Of a stretch of DNA of 64,000 nucleotides, positions 45,883 through 56,087 are shown in pieces. The position numbers were made by a program, and so were the translations under genes. Numbering within the stretch: the stretch's first letter is position 1; each line of letters starts with the position of its first letter. The notes beneath the pieces were generated by a model. That model saw only the letters and a list, made by a program, of their open reading frames with translations. It was not told where the DNA came from and searched no databases. Where the stretch lies: contig OY762463.1 of NCBI GenBank assembly GCA_963665815.1, forward strand, positions 192,001 to 256,000, given 5' to 3'. Source of the stretch: Candidatus Cloacimonadales bacterium. Its GTDB lineage: Bacteria; Cloacimonadota; Cloacimonadia; Cloacimonadales; JAIOQZ01.

Positions 45883-48750
45883 GTGAAAAGGATTTATATG
45901 GAAGCTATTGAAAAAATCTTTGATATAATGAGATACGGTGTAGAAGATTATCATACTCTCATGCAGAGAAAAGTCAACAGGGTACTAATGGTTTCATCTG
46001 TTTATGATGCTTTTACTTTTGAAAAGGATGGAAAGCTATCTGATCGGTTATATGGTGAATACAGAAAACTTGATTTATCCTCCAATCCGGAGTTTGTTAA
46101 TGTGTCTACTGCAGATCAGGCTCTGGAAGCTATTCGATATGAAAACTTCGATCTGGTCATAACGCTCCTCAGAATAGGTGAAATGTCAGTCTTTGATTTC
46201 TCGAAGAAAGTAAAACATATTGCACCGGATCTCGGCTTAGTTCTTCTTCTTAATATACCATCTGATATTTCTATTGTTGAGAGAAACAGGAATCAGATGA
46301 GTGCCATAGACGAAGTTTACCTCTGGAATGGAGATATAAATCTATTTCTGGCGATTATTAAGCAGGTTGAAGATAAACTAAACTATGAGAATGATATACT
46401 TAAATGCGATATCCCTTTGATTCTGCTTGTAGAGGACAGTATTGCATATTACTCAAAATTTCTCCCTCTTTTGTATTCGGAGATTATGCAGCAGACACAG
46501 CGTCTGATTAAAAGCGAACTTGATGATTTGCAAAAAAGATACCACATGAAAGCTAGAGCAAAAGTATTGATGGTACATAATTATGAGGATGCTGTTTTCT
46601 TTTTTAAGAAATACAGAAAACAATTATACTTAGTAATTTCTGATGTCAGGTACCCGATGTCGGGTGAATTATGTAAAGACGCAGGTTTGCAGCTCATCAG
46701 ATTAGTAAAGGAATACGGTACGGATATTCCCTGTATTCTGCAATCATCAGAAGAACATAACAGAGAACTTGCTACAGAAATGTCTGTTTCTTTCCTCAAT
46801 AAACATTCACATACTCTGCTGAAAGATCTACGGTTTGTGCTTGTCGAATTCCTCGGCTATGGAGAATTTGTTTTCAGGGATAAATACGGGAATGAATGCA
46901 GAAGAGCAGAAACTATAAGCGACTTCATAAGCAGTTTACATGATGTCAATAATGAGTGCATTAAGTACCACGCTGAACGTAATCATTTTTCAAGGTGGTT
47001 TACTGCTCACGGTTTTTTACAGATGGCTCAGGATTTGAAAAAGAAGAAATTATCTGATTTTTCGTGTGTTGAAGATGTTAAAAAATATCTCAAAGAAATA
47101 TACTATCACGTTTACAGAAGTAAGTTTCAGGGCAAAGTAATTCAGTATGATAAAAGGAATATAGGTAAGAAGAATCAGATAATGCTCCTGAGTGAAGGAT
47201 CCTTTGGTGGAAAAGGGCGTGGAATTACTTTCCTTAATGCATTGGCATCGGCAGTTAAAAGAAAATCGAATATTCATGATTTTGATGTTGTTATACCATC
47301 GACATACATAATTGGGACTGATGAAATGCTGGAATTTATTCAGAAAAACGGTTATCCGGATATGGAGAACGATGAAGAGCGTGAGGAACTCTTCATGAAC
47401 GGTACTTTTTCTGATGTGTTAAATGAAAGACTGTTTGAAATTGCAGAAAGAACTCATTCTCCTTTAGTTGTAAGATCTTCCGGGCTGCTCGAAGATACAT
47501 TGTCAATTCCTGTAGCCGGACTTTACGAAACAGTTTTTGTAAGTAACTCAGATAAAGATGTTAATTTTAGGTTCAACGAACTTAAAAAGGCAGTCAGAAA
47601 AGTATATTCATCCCTGTATAAAAAAGAAGTTCAGGATTTTCTCAGATCTGTTAACTATTTGATGCAGAATGAAAAAATGGCTGTCATTATACAGGAAGTT
47701 GCCGGTCATAAGAAAATCGGTTACTTTTATCCTGATGTATCAGGGATTGTGAGATCTCCTTTTTTTGAGCAGACTCAAACACCATCAGTATCACTATGTC
47801 TCGGACTGGGAACGGCATTAGAGGAGCAGCAGACTTTTTACTCTTGTGTATCTGATTCCGGAAGACCGGATAGCTGTAGACTTCCATATTCAAAACATAT
47901 TTCCGGGAGACAAGAACTTGTTAGTTTGATTAACCTTCCTGAACACAAGATTGAGAATGTAGACATCGATGTTTTCAACGAAAGAAATGAAACAACTGGA
48001 TTTAACAACGATCTTGAGTCTGTTTATAATCGTTTCGAAAAAGTCTATGATGATCTAATAAATGTTTTAACTTTATACACAGGTTTGATTGAGAATTTTC
48101 TTCAGACTTCAGTTGAAATTGAGTTTTCTTTTGATCTGGCTAAAAAGGAAGGAGCTCGAAACAAAATTTATCTTTTACAGGTTAAGCCGTTCAGCAGAGA
48201 TCAGTATCAGCTAAACGATTTCAGTTTGTTAAACAAGACTTATAAGCCTGATATTCTTATCACAAATTGTTATGGTCACGGAATTATTGATTCAATAAAG
48301 ACGATAATTATTCATAAGGTTATTCCTGAAAACGATCTTGAGGCGGGATATATTGCCAGTGAACTCAATGAATTAAACAGTAAAATGAAAAAAATGGATA
48401 GAGAATATGTTCTGATAGGTAAAGGGAAATGGGGAGGACGTGTAGCGACCAAAAGCATTCCTGTAAATGCAATGAATATCAGTCATGCAAGAATATTTAT
48501 CAATATTCTGGACATTGTGGACGAATCATTTTATTTCACTCATTTTTTCTTTAACCTTAATGTTATGGATACTGTTTATATGCAGACAATATCTAACCCT
48601 CATCAAGACTACATTAACTTAGAAAAAGTAAAAGAAAAATCTGAAACAGAAGCACATGAGTATTTCGATATAATAGAATTAAAAGCAGATTCAAAAATCA
48701 TTATGAATGGAAGGAAAAACACTTTTAAGTTCTACACTGATTTCAGGTAG
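45883..48750 (+). CDS. PEP/pyruvate-binding (PEP synthase/PPDK N-domain-like) protein with N-terminal receiver-like domains
   Basis: VLMVSSVYDAF, ILLVEDS, VISDVRYP, GGKGRG, VRSSGLLED..AGLYET, EKMAVIIQEV, EIEF..LLQVKP. Confidence 0.8.
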   Translation: MKRIYMEAIEKIFDIMRYGVEDYHTLMQRKVNRVLMVSSVYDAFTFEKDGKLSDRLYGEYRKLDLSSNPEFVNVSTADQALEAIRYENFDLVITLLRIGEMSVFDFSKKVKHIAPDLGLVLLLNIPSDISIVERNRNQMSAIDEVYLWNGDINLFLAIIKQVEDKLNYENDILKCDIPLILLVEDSIAYYSKFLPLLYSEIMQQTQRLIKSELDDLQKRYHMKARAKVLMVHNYEDAVFFFKKYRKQLYLVISDVRYPMSGELCKDAGLQLIRLVKEYGTDIPCILQSSEEHNRELATEMSVSFLNKHSHTLLKDLRFVLVEFLGYGEFVFRDKYGNECRRAETISDFISSLHDVNNECIKYHAERNHFSRWFTAHGFLQMAQDLKKKKLSDFSCVEDVKKYLKEIYYHVYRSKFQGKVIQYDKRNIGKKNQIMLLSEGSFGGKGRGITFLNALASAVKRKSNIHDFDVVIPSTYIIGTDEMLEFIQKNGYPDMENDEEREELFMNGTFSDVLNERLFEIAERTHSPLVVRSSGLLEDTLSIPVAGLYETVFVSNSDKDVNFRFNELKKAVRKVYSSLYKKEVQDFLRSVNYLMQNEKMAVIIQEVAGHKKIGYFYPDVSGIVRSPFFEQTQTPSVSLCLGLGTALEEQQTFYSCVSDSGRPDSCRLPYSKHISGRQELVSLINLPEHKIENVDIDVFNERNETTGFNNDLESVYNRFEKVYDDLINVLTLYTGLIENFLQTSVEIEFSFDLAKKEGARNKIYLLQVKPFSRDQYQLNDFSLLNKTYKPDILITNCYGHGIIDSIKTIIIHKVIPENDLEAGYIASELNELNSKMKKMDREYVLIGKGKWGGRVATKSIPVNAMNISHARIFINILDIVDESFYFTHFFFNLNVMDTVYMQTISNPHQDYINLEKVKEKSETEAHEYFDIIELKADSKIIMNGRKNTFKFYTDFR

Positions 48751-50644
48751 CTGTTTCTCCTTCTTTCTTGATAAGTTTTGATAATATCATGCTGAACTCT
48801 TCTTTTTGAAATGGTTTCTTTACTAATGAGAACTCTCCGATTTTTTTCATAAGTTTAACAGTCTGCTCATTAATGAATCCTGTAAGAATAATTACACTTT
48901 TTTCTTTATCCATTTCTCTTATGTATTTAAAGGCTTCTTTTCCGTCCATAACCGGCATTGTCATATCCAGAATTACAAGATCTATTAATTCTTTCTTTTG
49001 TTCAAAGGTATTTACCGCCTCTGCACCATTTTTTGTAAGAATCACATTATAACCGAGGTATTCAAGAATCTTCTGCAGCGTAATTCTGACAATCTCCTCA
49101 TCATCTGCAAGGAGAATTGTTCCCTGACCTTTTTGAGCTTCTAATGTACTTTCTTCTGAATCTCCAGAGCTGATGTGAATAGGCAGGAGAATTTTAAAAG
49201 TGGTTCCTACACCGGTTTCACTTTCTACATTTATTAAACCATTATGTTCTTTTATAATACCGTATGCTGCCGAGAGTCCCAATCCTGTTCCTTCTCCTTC
49301 CTTTTTGGTTGTAAAGAAAGGCTCAAATATTTTTTTCAGGTTTTCAGGAAGTATACCGCAGCCATCGTCAGCAATTGAAAGCTCAATGTATTCTCCTGGT
49401 TGTATCAGTTCAGCAATCTCATTAACTTGAGCTTTAGTAAAATTTACATTTCTGGTGCAAAACTTCAATGTCCCGTCAATATTCATTGCATGGCTGGCAT
49501 TGATTCCCATATTAAGTATTACATTTTGTAATTGTGAACTGTCACAATGCAGCAGAGATGATTCAGCAGAGAAATCAGTAAACACATTAATTTTCTTGTT
49601 AATACTTCTCTCAAGGATTGTTTTGGTCTCATTGACAAGACTGTGCAAGTCAATATCTTTTAACTCTTTTTTGCTCTTCCTGCTGAAAAACAACAGTTTT
49701 GATGTTAAATCAGCAGCTCTTAATGATGTATTGAATATAATATCCAGAAATTCTCTGGTATCCTCTTCAATGTCTCCATTATCTCTGATAACTTCTACAG
49801 CTCCAATTATTCCGGTTAGCAGATTATTGAAATCATGAGCAATTCCTCCGGAAAGCTGCCCAAGAGATTCCATTTTTCTGGCATGTCTCAGCTCGTTCTC
49901 GATGTTTATCTTTTCTGTAATATCCTCGGACATGAGAATAAAGCCGTTTATACCTCTTTTATTGTGTACAGGAAATGATCGAATCAGCTTTGTAACTTCT
50001 TCATTGCCACTTTTCCTGTGGACTATTTCTTCATGTGGTTCACCATCTGTAAGTGTAAGTATTCCGGGACAATTATCGCAAACACAGTCCTGAGAATTAC
50101 CAAAGAAATAATAACACTTTCTTCCAATGAAATAGGATTCTTCGCATCTATAATTGTTTTGGAGCTCTGAATTTACCATCTGAATAGTGAAGTATGAATC
50201 AACATAGAACAGCTCAAAACTGATGCTATCGAATAAATTTCTGTGCATGTTCTGGATTCTTTTTAACTCATCATCTCTGCTAATGTCATTTACAATACGC
50301 ATAACCACTTCAGGCAATAAATCCAGAAAATTAGAGTCTTTGACGATATAGTCTCTTGCTCCAAGTTTCATCATTTCTACAGCAATCTTCTCGTCACCTC
50401 TTCCTGTGGCTACAAGAAAAGGGGGAATCATTATACGGTTACTCCGTAACTCGGTTATCAACTCTTTGCCATTCATGTCAGGAAGACTGTAGTCCAGAAT
50501 CAACAGATCCGGAGTTATATCATCCAGCTTTTCTATAACTTCACCTGCGTTGTACATATTGACAACTTTATGCCCTTTGTTTTCAAGAATATCCTTCTGA
50601 AGGAATCCTAATCCTATATCATCTTCAATAACTGCAATTTTCAT
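48743..50644 (-). CDS. Hybrid histidine kinase REC-PAS-HisKA-HATPase-REC
   Basis: LDYSLPD; GGIAHDFNNLL; FEPFFTTK..GTGLGLS; LDMTMP. Confidence 0.93.
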   Translation of the reverse strand: MKIAVIEDDIGLGFLQKDILENKGHKVVNMYNAGEVIEKLDDITPDLLILDYSLPDMNGKELITELRSNRIMIPPFLVATGRGDEKIAVEMMKLGARDYIVKDSNFLDLLPEVVMRIVNDISRDDELKRIQNMHRNLFDSISFELFYVDSYFTIQMVNSELQNNYRCEESYFIGRKCYYFFGNSQDCVCDNCPGILTLTDGEPHEEIVHRKSGNEEVTKLIRSFPVHNKRGINGFILMSEDITEKINIENELRHARKMESLGQLSGGIAHDFNNLLTGIIGAVEVIRDNGDIEEDTREFLDIIFNTSLRAADLTSKLLFFSRKSKKELKDIDLHSLVNETKTILERSINKKINVFTDFSAESSLLHCDSSQLQNVILNMGINASHAMNIDGTLKFCTRNVNFTKAQVNEIAELIQPGEYIELSIADDGCGILPENLKKIFEPFFTTKKEGEGTGLGLSAAYGIIKEHNGLINVESETGVGTTFKILLPIHISSGDSEESTLEAQKGQGTILLADDEEIVRITLQKILEYLGYNVILTKNGAEAVNTFEQKKELIDLVILDMTMPVMDGKEAFKYIREMDKEKSVIILTGFINEQTVKLMKKIGEFSLVKKPFQKEEFSMILSKLIKKEGETAT

Positions 50645-50656
50645 AATTAGTCCCGA

Positions 50657-51076
50657 TTATATTTTTATAACTTGTATAAATAGTCCAAGTCTGCTCAAGG
50701 TGTTAACAAATTCAGTGAAATCAATTGGTTTAGTAATGTAGCAACTGCATCCAAGTTCATAACAGTTTTTGATTTCTCGTGGGTCATCTGTTGTAGTAAG
50801 TATCATCACCGGAATCTTTTTTAAATCTTTATCTTGCTTCATGTTTTCCAGAACCTCAATCCCTGACATTCTCGGCATATTAATATCAAGAAGCACAAGA
50901 GGGTGATTGTTTACAGCGTTGGTTCCTTTTTGGGTTTCATTGAGAAATTCCCAAAGAGATTTACCATCTTCAAATCTGGTTATCGTATTATAAATACCGG
51001 CTCTTTGCAGGGTTTCTCTGATCAGGAGAGCATGTCCATCGTCATCTTCTGCAATAAGTATTTCCAGTTTGTTCAT
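50657..51076 (-). CDS. Single-domain response regulator (Rcp1-like)
   Basis: AEDDDGHA, LLDINMP, LTTTDD, YITKP. Confidence 0.92.
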   Translation of the reverse strand: MNKLEILIAEDDDGHALLIRETLQRAGIYNTITRFEDGKSLWEFLNETQKGTNAVNNHPLVLLDINMPRMSGIEVLENMKQDKDLKKIPVMILTTTDDPREIKNCYELGCSCYITKPIDFTEFVNTLSRLGLFIQVIKI

Positions 51077-51088
51077 CTTTTATTTCCT

Positions 51089-54000
51089 TTACTCAAAATA
51101 AGTTCTTCTTAATGAAACAATAACCTCAGTACCTTCATCTATTTCTGATTTCATGTTTACCTGACCCTTCAGTTTCTCAGAGATTCTCTTTACAATACTG
51201 AGTCCCAGTCCCTCCCCTTCTACTTCAGGAATTGTTCCTGCCCTGTAAAATACATTCCAGATTCGTTCCATATTTTTAGCTTCAATACCAATACCGTTGT
51301 CACAAACATGGTAATTATTGAAAAGACTATCCTTTTCAGCAAAAATGTTTATTGTAAGATTTTGTCCTCTTTTTCGATACTTGATACAATTTGATACTAT
51401 GTTAGAGAACAACTGATTCAAGAGATTCTTGTCTGCATAGCAGTTAGGAAGCTCTTCAACACGGACTTCAATTCCATACTTATCAATTTCATATTTGTAA
51501 CTGTTCAGGACTGACTGTACAAATTCATTCATATCAATATTCTCAACACTGATCGGTGCTCGCCCGGTTCTGGAAATTTTAAGAAGACCCTTGATAAGAA
51601 TATCCATTTTCTTTACATTGTTGAATATGAAATTCATGGATTGTGGCAACTGATTAACTGTAATATCCTGAAACTCATCGTCATTATATAATTCAAGGCA
51701 TTTCTCTTTCACGATTTCGGAAATTTTAAATGAATGTCTGCTGATTCTGTCGGTAAATCCCTGAATGTTAACAAGTGGAGATCTTAAATCGTGTGATGCA
51801 ACATACAGATAATTTTCAAGCTCCTTGTTCTTCTCTTTTATTAAAGCTTCGGCCTTCTTTTTCTCTGTTATGTTCAATCTTGTACCACAAATTCTGGATG
51901 GTTTTCCATCTGATGTAAAGCTGACAATTTTACCTCTATCTAATACCCATATCCATTTCCCTGATTTATGTTGGAGTCTTAATTCACACTCAAACATATC
52001 GTTAATCCCATTAACATGATCCTCGAATTTTTGTAAAACAGAGCTCAAATCTTTCTCATGTATTAACTCCTTCCAGAATGCTGGATTATCTCCGATCTCA
52101 TCGACTGTATAACCGAGCATTTCAGCATATCGGTCATTTATGATTAATGAATTTGCAGGAATATCTATATCCCAGCTGCCAAGATCAGCCCCTTTCAATG
52201 CCAGATCAAGTCTTTTACTGCTTTCTTTTAAGAGGAATTCCGATTGTTTTCTATCGGATACATCTCGCACTAATTCTACAAGAAATTCAATGTTTCCGTG
52301 ATTATCAAGTATCGGGAGTATCCGGAGATCAATCCATATATTGTTATCAAGATGTATTTCTTCCTGATATGGTTCTTTCGTTTCAATAACTTTGCTGACT
52401 TTGCATTCGGGGCAAATTGCATCAAAATTACGATATGCTTTGTAACACTTTGTACCGTTTTTTCGATTTACAGGTGAAATATTAAATACACCATTCCAAT
52501 TACTAAAAATTATGTTCATATCAAGATCATGCAGAGAAACGAGATCAGGGACAGTTTTCAGTACTTTATCAAATCTTTCTTCATTTTTACGAATTGTTTC
52601 ATGAAGTTTATATTCCTGAGTTACATCTCTGAACACTAAAACTACTCCTGTAACAGCTCCGGTTGAGTCTTTTATCGGTGCTGCTGAATCAGCTATCTGA
52701 TACTCAAGACCATCTCTGGATTTAAGGACTGTATGATTTGCCAGCCCCACTATTTTACCATTCTTAAGAACTTCCTCGACAGGGCATTCTGCCATTTCAC
52801 CTGTCTGTGAGTTTGAAATATTGAAAACCTCTGAAAGCATTTTACCGGAGGCTTCATCAGATATCCAACCTGTAAGTAATTCAGCTATTGGATTCATCCG
52901 GTCAATTTTTCCCTGATAGTCGGTTGTAATGACGGCATCTCCAATTGAATTTAGGGTTGTACTAAGTTTTTCAGCCATCTGTACAAATTTGTTTCTATCT
53001 TTACTTAATTTTTCAATTAAAAGCGCGATTATCACACTTCCAACAAAAATTATGAAAAAGCTCATCATTCTCAATATAATATGATGTAAATCATGCTTAA
53101 TCAGGAATAGATTCAGAATATTAGCACCTTCTTTATTAAACCAGAAGTAATACATCAATACATCAGTAATCCAGACTAAGATTGCTATGGTGACACCTGC
53201 AAACAAAGTGTTAAGTGATGCCCTGGTAGAGAATAACTTGCTGAATCCGGAAAGATCACGAATATATTCCGATATTGCAAGTAAATACAGGCAAATAATA
53301 AGTATTATGAATATTGATATAAGTATTAAGTTATCGGCTATAATTTTATGTTGATGTTCATCTAAAGCCCATTTTTCAATTATTTTATTATAGTCTTCGG
53401 TTAATGTATTGTTTTCATTTTCCATGAAGTTGTTTATTCTGTTCAGTATATTTTTATCGGAAGAACTTGCTGAGGCAAAATATGTTTCAAATGGATGGAA
53501 AACAATGGCAGTGTGAATAGCTTGCTTATCGATGAATTTCACATTTAGTAAAGTCATTCTATCACCAATACCACAATCAAACTTTTTACTGATAATACCT
53601 TTAAACATTTCCGGGTAATTTTCAACTTCAATCAATGTATATTTGATGTTAAACTTATCGGCAAATTCAATAAAGTGATTCTTAAACATGGATTTTTTTA
53701 CATATGCAACATTTTTACCGTTAATATCTAACATAGACTCTATTGCATTGTCAGTACTGGAAAATACTGTTCCCCAACTGGATATTACAGGAATTTCAGA
53801 AAAATCAAGTAAACTGTCTCTTTGCTGTGTATAGCCTATAGGAACCATAATATCAGCTTTCCCGGTGGAAACTTGCTTTAGTGCATTCGAAAATGTTGTG
53901 CTGTGATATGATAATTTCCAGTTGTTTTTTTTCCCTGTTTCTTCAAGGATATCTTTCGCCAGACCACGTGTTTGCCCATCTTTATCAGTAAAAATGACAG

Positions 54001-54091
54001 GTTTTTTCTCGAAGTAAACAACATCTACATTTATTGATAAGATAACTGAGAACGAAAACAGTATTATCAGTGCAGTAAAGAGCTTATTCAA
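51089..54091 (-). CDS. Membrane sensor histidine kinase (periplasmic solute-binding domain, TMs, 3 PAS, HisKA, HATPase)
   Basis: SBP family 3-like N-terminus; SIGDAVITTD PAS; YVASHDLRSPL; DNGIGI, GEGLGL. Confidence 0.93.
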   Translation of the reverse strand: MNKLFTALIILFSFSVILSINVDVVYFEKKPVIFTDKDGQTRGLAKDILEETGKKNNWKLSYHSTTFSNALKQVSTGKADIMVPIGYTQQRDSLLDFSEIPVISSWGTVFSSTDNAIESMLDINGKNVAYVKKSMFKNHFIEFADKFNIKYTLIEVENYPEMFKGIISKKFDCGIGDRMTLLNVKFIDKQAIHTAIVFHPFETYFASASSSDKNILNRINNFMENENNTLTEDYNKIIEKWALDEHQHKIIADNLILISIFIILIICLYLLAISEYIRDLSGFSKLFSTRASLNTLFAGVTIAILVWITDVLMYYFWFNKEGANILNLFLIKHDLHHIILRMMSFFIIFVGSVIIALLIEKLSKDRNKFVQMAEKLSTTLNSIGDAVITTDYQGKIDRMNPIAELLTGWISDEASGKMLSEVFNISNSQTGEMAECPVEEVLKNGKIVGLANHTVLKSRDGLEYQIADSAAPIKDSTGAVTGVVLVFRDVTQEYKLHETIRKNEERFDKVLKTVPDLVSLHDLDMNIIFSNWNGVFNISPVNRKNGTKCYKAYRNFDAICPECKVSKVIETKEPYQEEIHLDNNIWIDLRILPILDNHGNIEFLVELVRDVSDRKQSEFLLKESSKRLDLALKGADLGSWDIDIPANSLIINDRYAEMLGYTVDEIGDNPAFWKELIHEKDLSSVLQKFEDHVNGINDMFECELRLQHKSGKWIWVLDRGKIVSFTSDGKPSRICGTRLNITEKKKAEALIKEKNKELENYLYVASHDLRSPLVNIQGFTDRISRHSFKISEIVKEKCLELYNDDEFQDITVNQLPQSMNFIFNNVKKMDILIKGLLKISRTGRAPISVENIDMNEFVQSVLNSYKYEIDKYGIEVRVEELPNCYADKNLLNQLFSNIVSNCIKYRKRGQNLTINIFAEKDSLFNNYHVCDNGIGIEAKNMERIWNVFYRAGTIPEVEGEGLGLSIVKRISEKLKGQVNMKSEIDEGTEVIVSLRRTYFE

Positions 54092-54632
54092 ATCTGTCTC
54101 CTTTTAGAGAGTGATGTATGATTTTTATTGCAAAAAAGGGACCTGCTATTATTAAAGTACCTGTCATGTGGGCAAGAGCCCATTTAAGCCAGCCGGAAAG
54201 TGCTTTGTCAACAGGTATCAAACCCAGGATGAATTTAGATCCAATTCCTCCTGTAGCTGTAAGAACTGGAGTAAGAATTGCACCAAGGAAGATAAGTAGG
54301 AAAACTCCCCGCCTTATTTTGTACTCAGCTGAATGCTCATATTTTTTTATCAGTAAAGCCGAAACAGTTGGTCCAATAGTATTCATTATGGAAATCATGC
54401 ATGCAAAAATGAAACTGCTGCCAAGAGAAAAATAGTTAGCTGCAATTGCTCCCAGTGCAATTCCCGGAGATACTTTCCATCCAAAGTAATATGCAGCAAT
54501 GAATGCAATGGATGCTGCTGGCCAGACGGGCATGGGGAGAATTCCTAAATTGTGGAATATGAGATAATTCACATGAGATACACCCCAGTATAGAACAATG
54601 ACATATAAATTATTCCTTATATTTTTTCTCAT
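54084..54632 (-). CDS. Stand-alone MASE1-like membrane protein
   Basis: PVWPAASIA, PGIALGA, NTIG, W..AH.TG.L pattern; 8-bp overlap with the kinase gene. Confidence 0.75.
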   Translation of the reverse strand: MRKNIRNNLYVIVLYWGVSHVNYLIFHNLGILPMPVWPAASIAFIAAYYFGWKVSPGIALGAIAANYFSLGSSFIFACMISIMNTIGPTVSALLIKKYEHSAEYKIRRGVFLLIFLGAILTPVLTATGGIGSKFILGLIPVDKALSGWLKWALAHMTGTLIIAGPFFAIKIIHHSLKGDRFE

Positions 54633-54793
54633 AATAAGTCTCCCTGAATTGATACTGATTCAATATTACAAATATACTCTGTATTTGCTACATTGTCAAA
54701 ACATATTTATTTACAAATGATTTTTTTTATTCCTAAAAAGAATTCATTTCTTTACTAATTTATGAAATGTACAATTCTGGCAGTGGAGTGAAT

Positions 54794-55930
54794 ATGGAAT
54801 TTTTATATCAAAATGAAAAAAAATACTTTGGGCAAATTGCCGGAAGTATGGAGTCTCTGGGACTGCGTGAGTTGATAAGTCTTGGAGCATATGACGTTAA
54901 GTCAGGATACAGAGGTGTTTACTTTAAAGCAGATCAGTACACCCTATATCGTATTGTTATGACATCAAGATTGTTTTCACGGGTACTTATACCTTTAAAT
55001 AAATTTGACTGTCATTCAACAAAATACTTGTACTCTAAAACCAAAGAAATACCCTGGGATTCTTTTTTCAGTGTAAAAAATTCATTCAGGATTTTTTCAA
55101 CAGTGTCAAACAGTAAAATCAGGCATTCCAAGTATGCGTCGCTTGTTATGAAAGACGCTATTGCTGACTATTTCAGAGAAAAGTATGGTGAAAGACCTTC
55201 GGTAGATACTGCTAATCCTGATGTGACCTTTAATCTGCATATAGATAAGAATTTTGCAGTCATCAGTATTGATGCAAGTGGTGAATCAATGCATAAAAGA
55301 GGATATCGTATAAAAAGCGTGAATGCTCCAATGCAGGAGACACTTGCTGCTGCAATCCTGGATCTCTCGGGGTGGGATGGAACTAAGAAACTATATGATC
55401 CATTCTGCGGATCAGGAACAATACTGTGTGAAGCAATTATGAAGTACTGTAATATTCCAGCTTCCTATAACAGAGCAAAATTTGGTTTTAAGTATCTCCC
55501 TGATTTCAATCAGGAGATGTATAATAAGGTTTTAACTGAAATTCACGATGTAACACGGGATTTACCTGAAGGCTTGATTTCCGGTTCTGATATCAGTAAA
55601 ATGGCTGTAGAAGCAGCAAAAGAAAACATATCAGATCTTGAATACGATCTGGAAATTTTCAGAATGCCTTTCCAGAAACTTGGCAATTTCACTGACACAG
55701 TATTTGTAACGAATCCACCATATGGAAAAAGGCTCGGTGATGAGAGCAAAGTAAGAGTAATGCTTAAAGAATTCGGGGATTTCCTGAAAAATAACTGTAA
55801 GGGTTGTGAAGCATATATTTATCTCGGAGATTACAAGCTTGTGAAATCTCTTGGTTTAAAACCAACCTGGAAGAAACCGTTAGTTAATGGTTCTCTTGAT
55901 GGGCGATTAGTCAAGCTGGAGTTATACTAA
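54794..55930 (+). CDS. THUMP-domain rRNA methyltransferase (RlmL/YpsC-like)
   Basis: SMHKRGYR, APMQETLAAA, DPFCGSGT, TNPPYG; ATG 54794 after GGAG (track start 54767). Confidence 0.9.
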   Translation: MEFLYQNEKKYFGQIAGSMESLGLRELISLGAYDVKSGYRGVYFKADQYTLYRIVMTSRLFSRVLIPLNKFDCHSTKYLYSKTKEIPWDSFFSVKNSFRIFSTVSNSKIRHSKYASLVMKDAIADYFREKYGERPSVDTANPDVTFNLHIDKNFAVISIDASGESMHKRGYRIKSVNAPMQETLAAAILDLSGWDGTKKLYDPFCGSGTILCEAIMKYCNIPASYNRAKFGFKYLPDFNQEMYNKVLTEIHDVTRDLPEGLISGSDISKMAVEAAKENISDLEYDLEIFRMPFQKLGNFTDTVFVTNPPYGKRLGDESKVRVMLKEFGDFLKNNCKGCEAYIYLGDYKLVKSLGLKPTWKKPLVNGSLDGRLVKLELY

Positions 55931-56087
55931 TTTTTCTTATCTGAGTTTTTGAACGGGTGCAAAAAAAATATTTTCCTCTGTGAAATGTTAATATGGTATT
56001 AGGATTATGTTAGATTTAATTTCTTGACTGTTATAAACTTAATCAAAACTTTGAAAATGTAAAAATATCAAAAAAAATGGAGGAATA

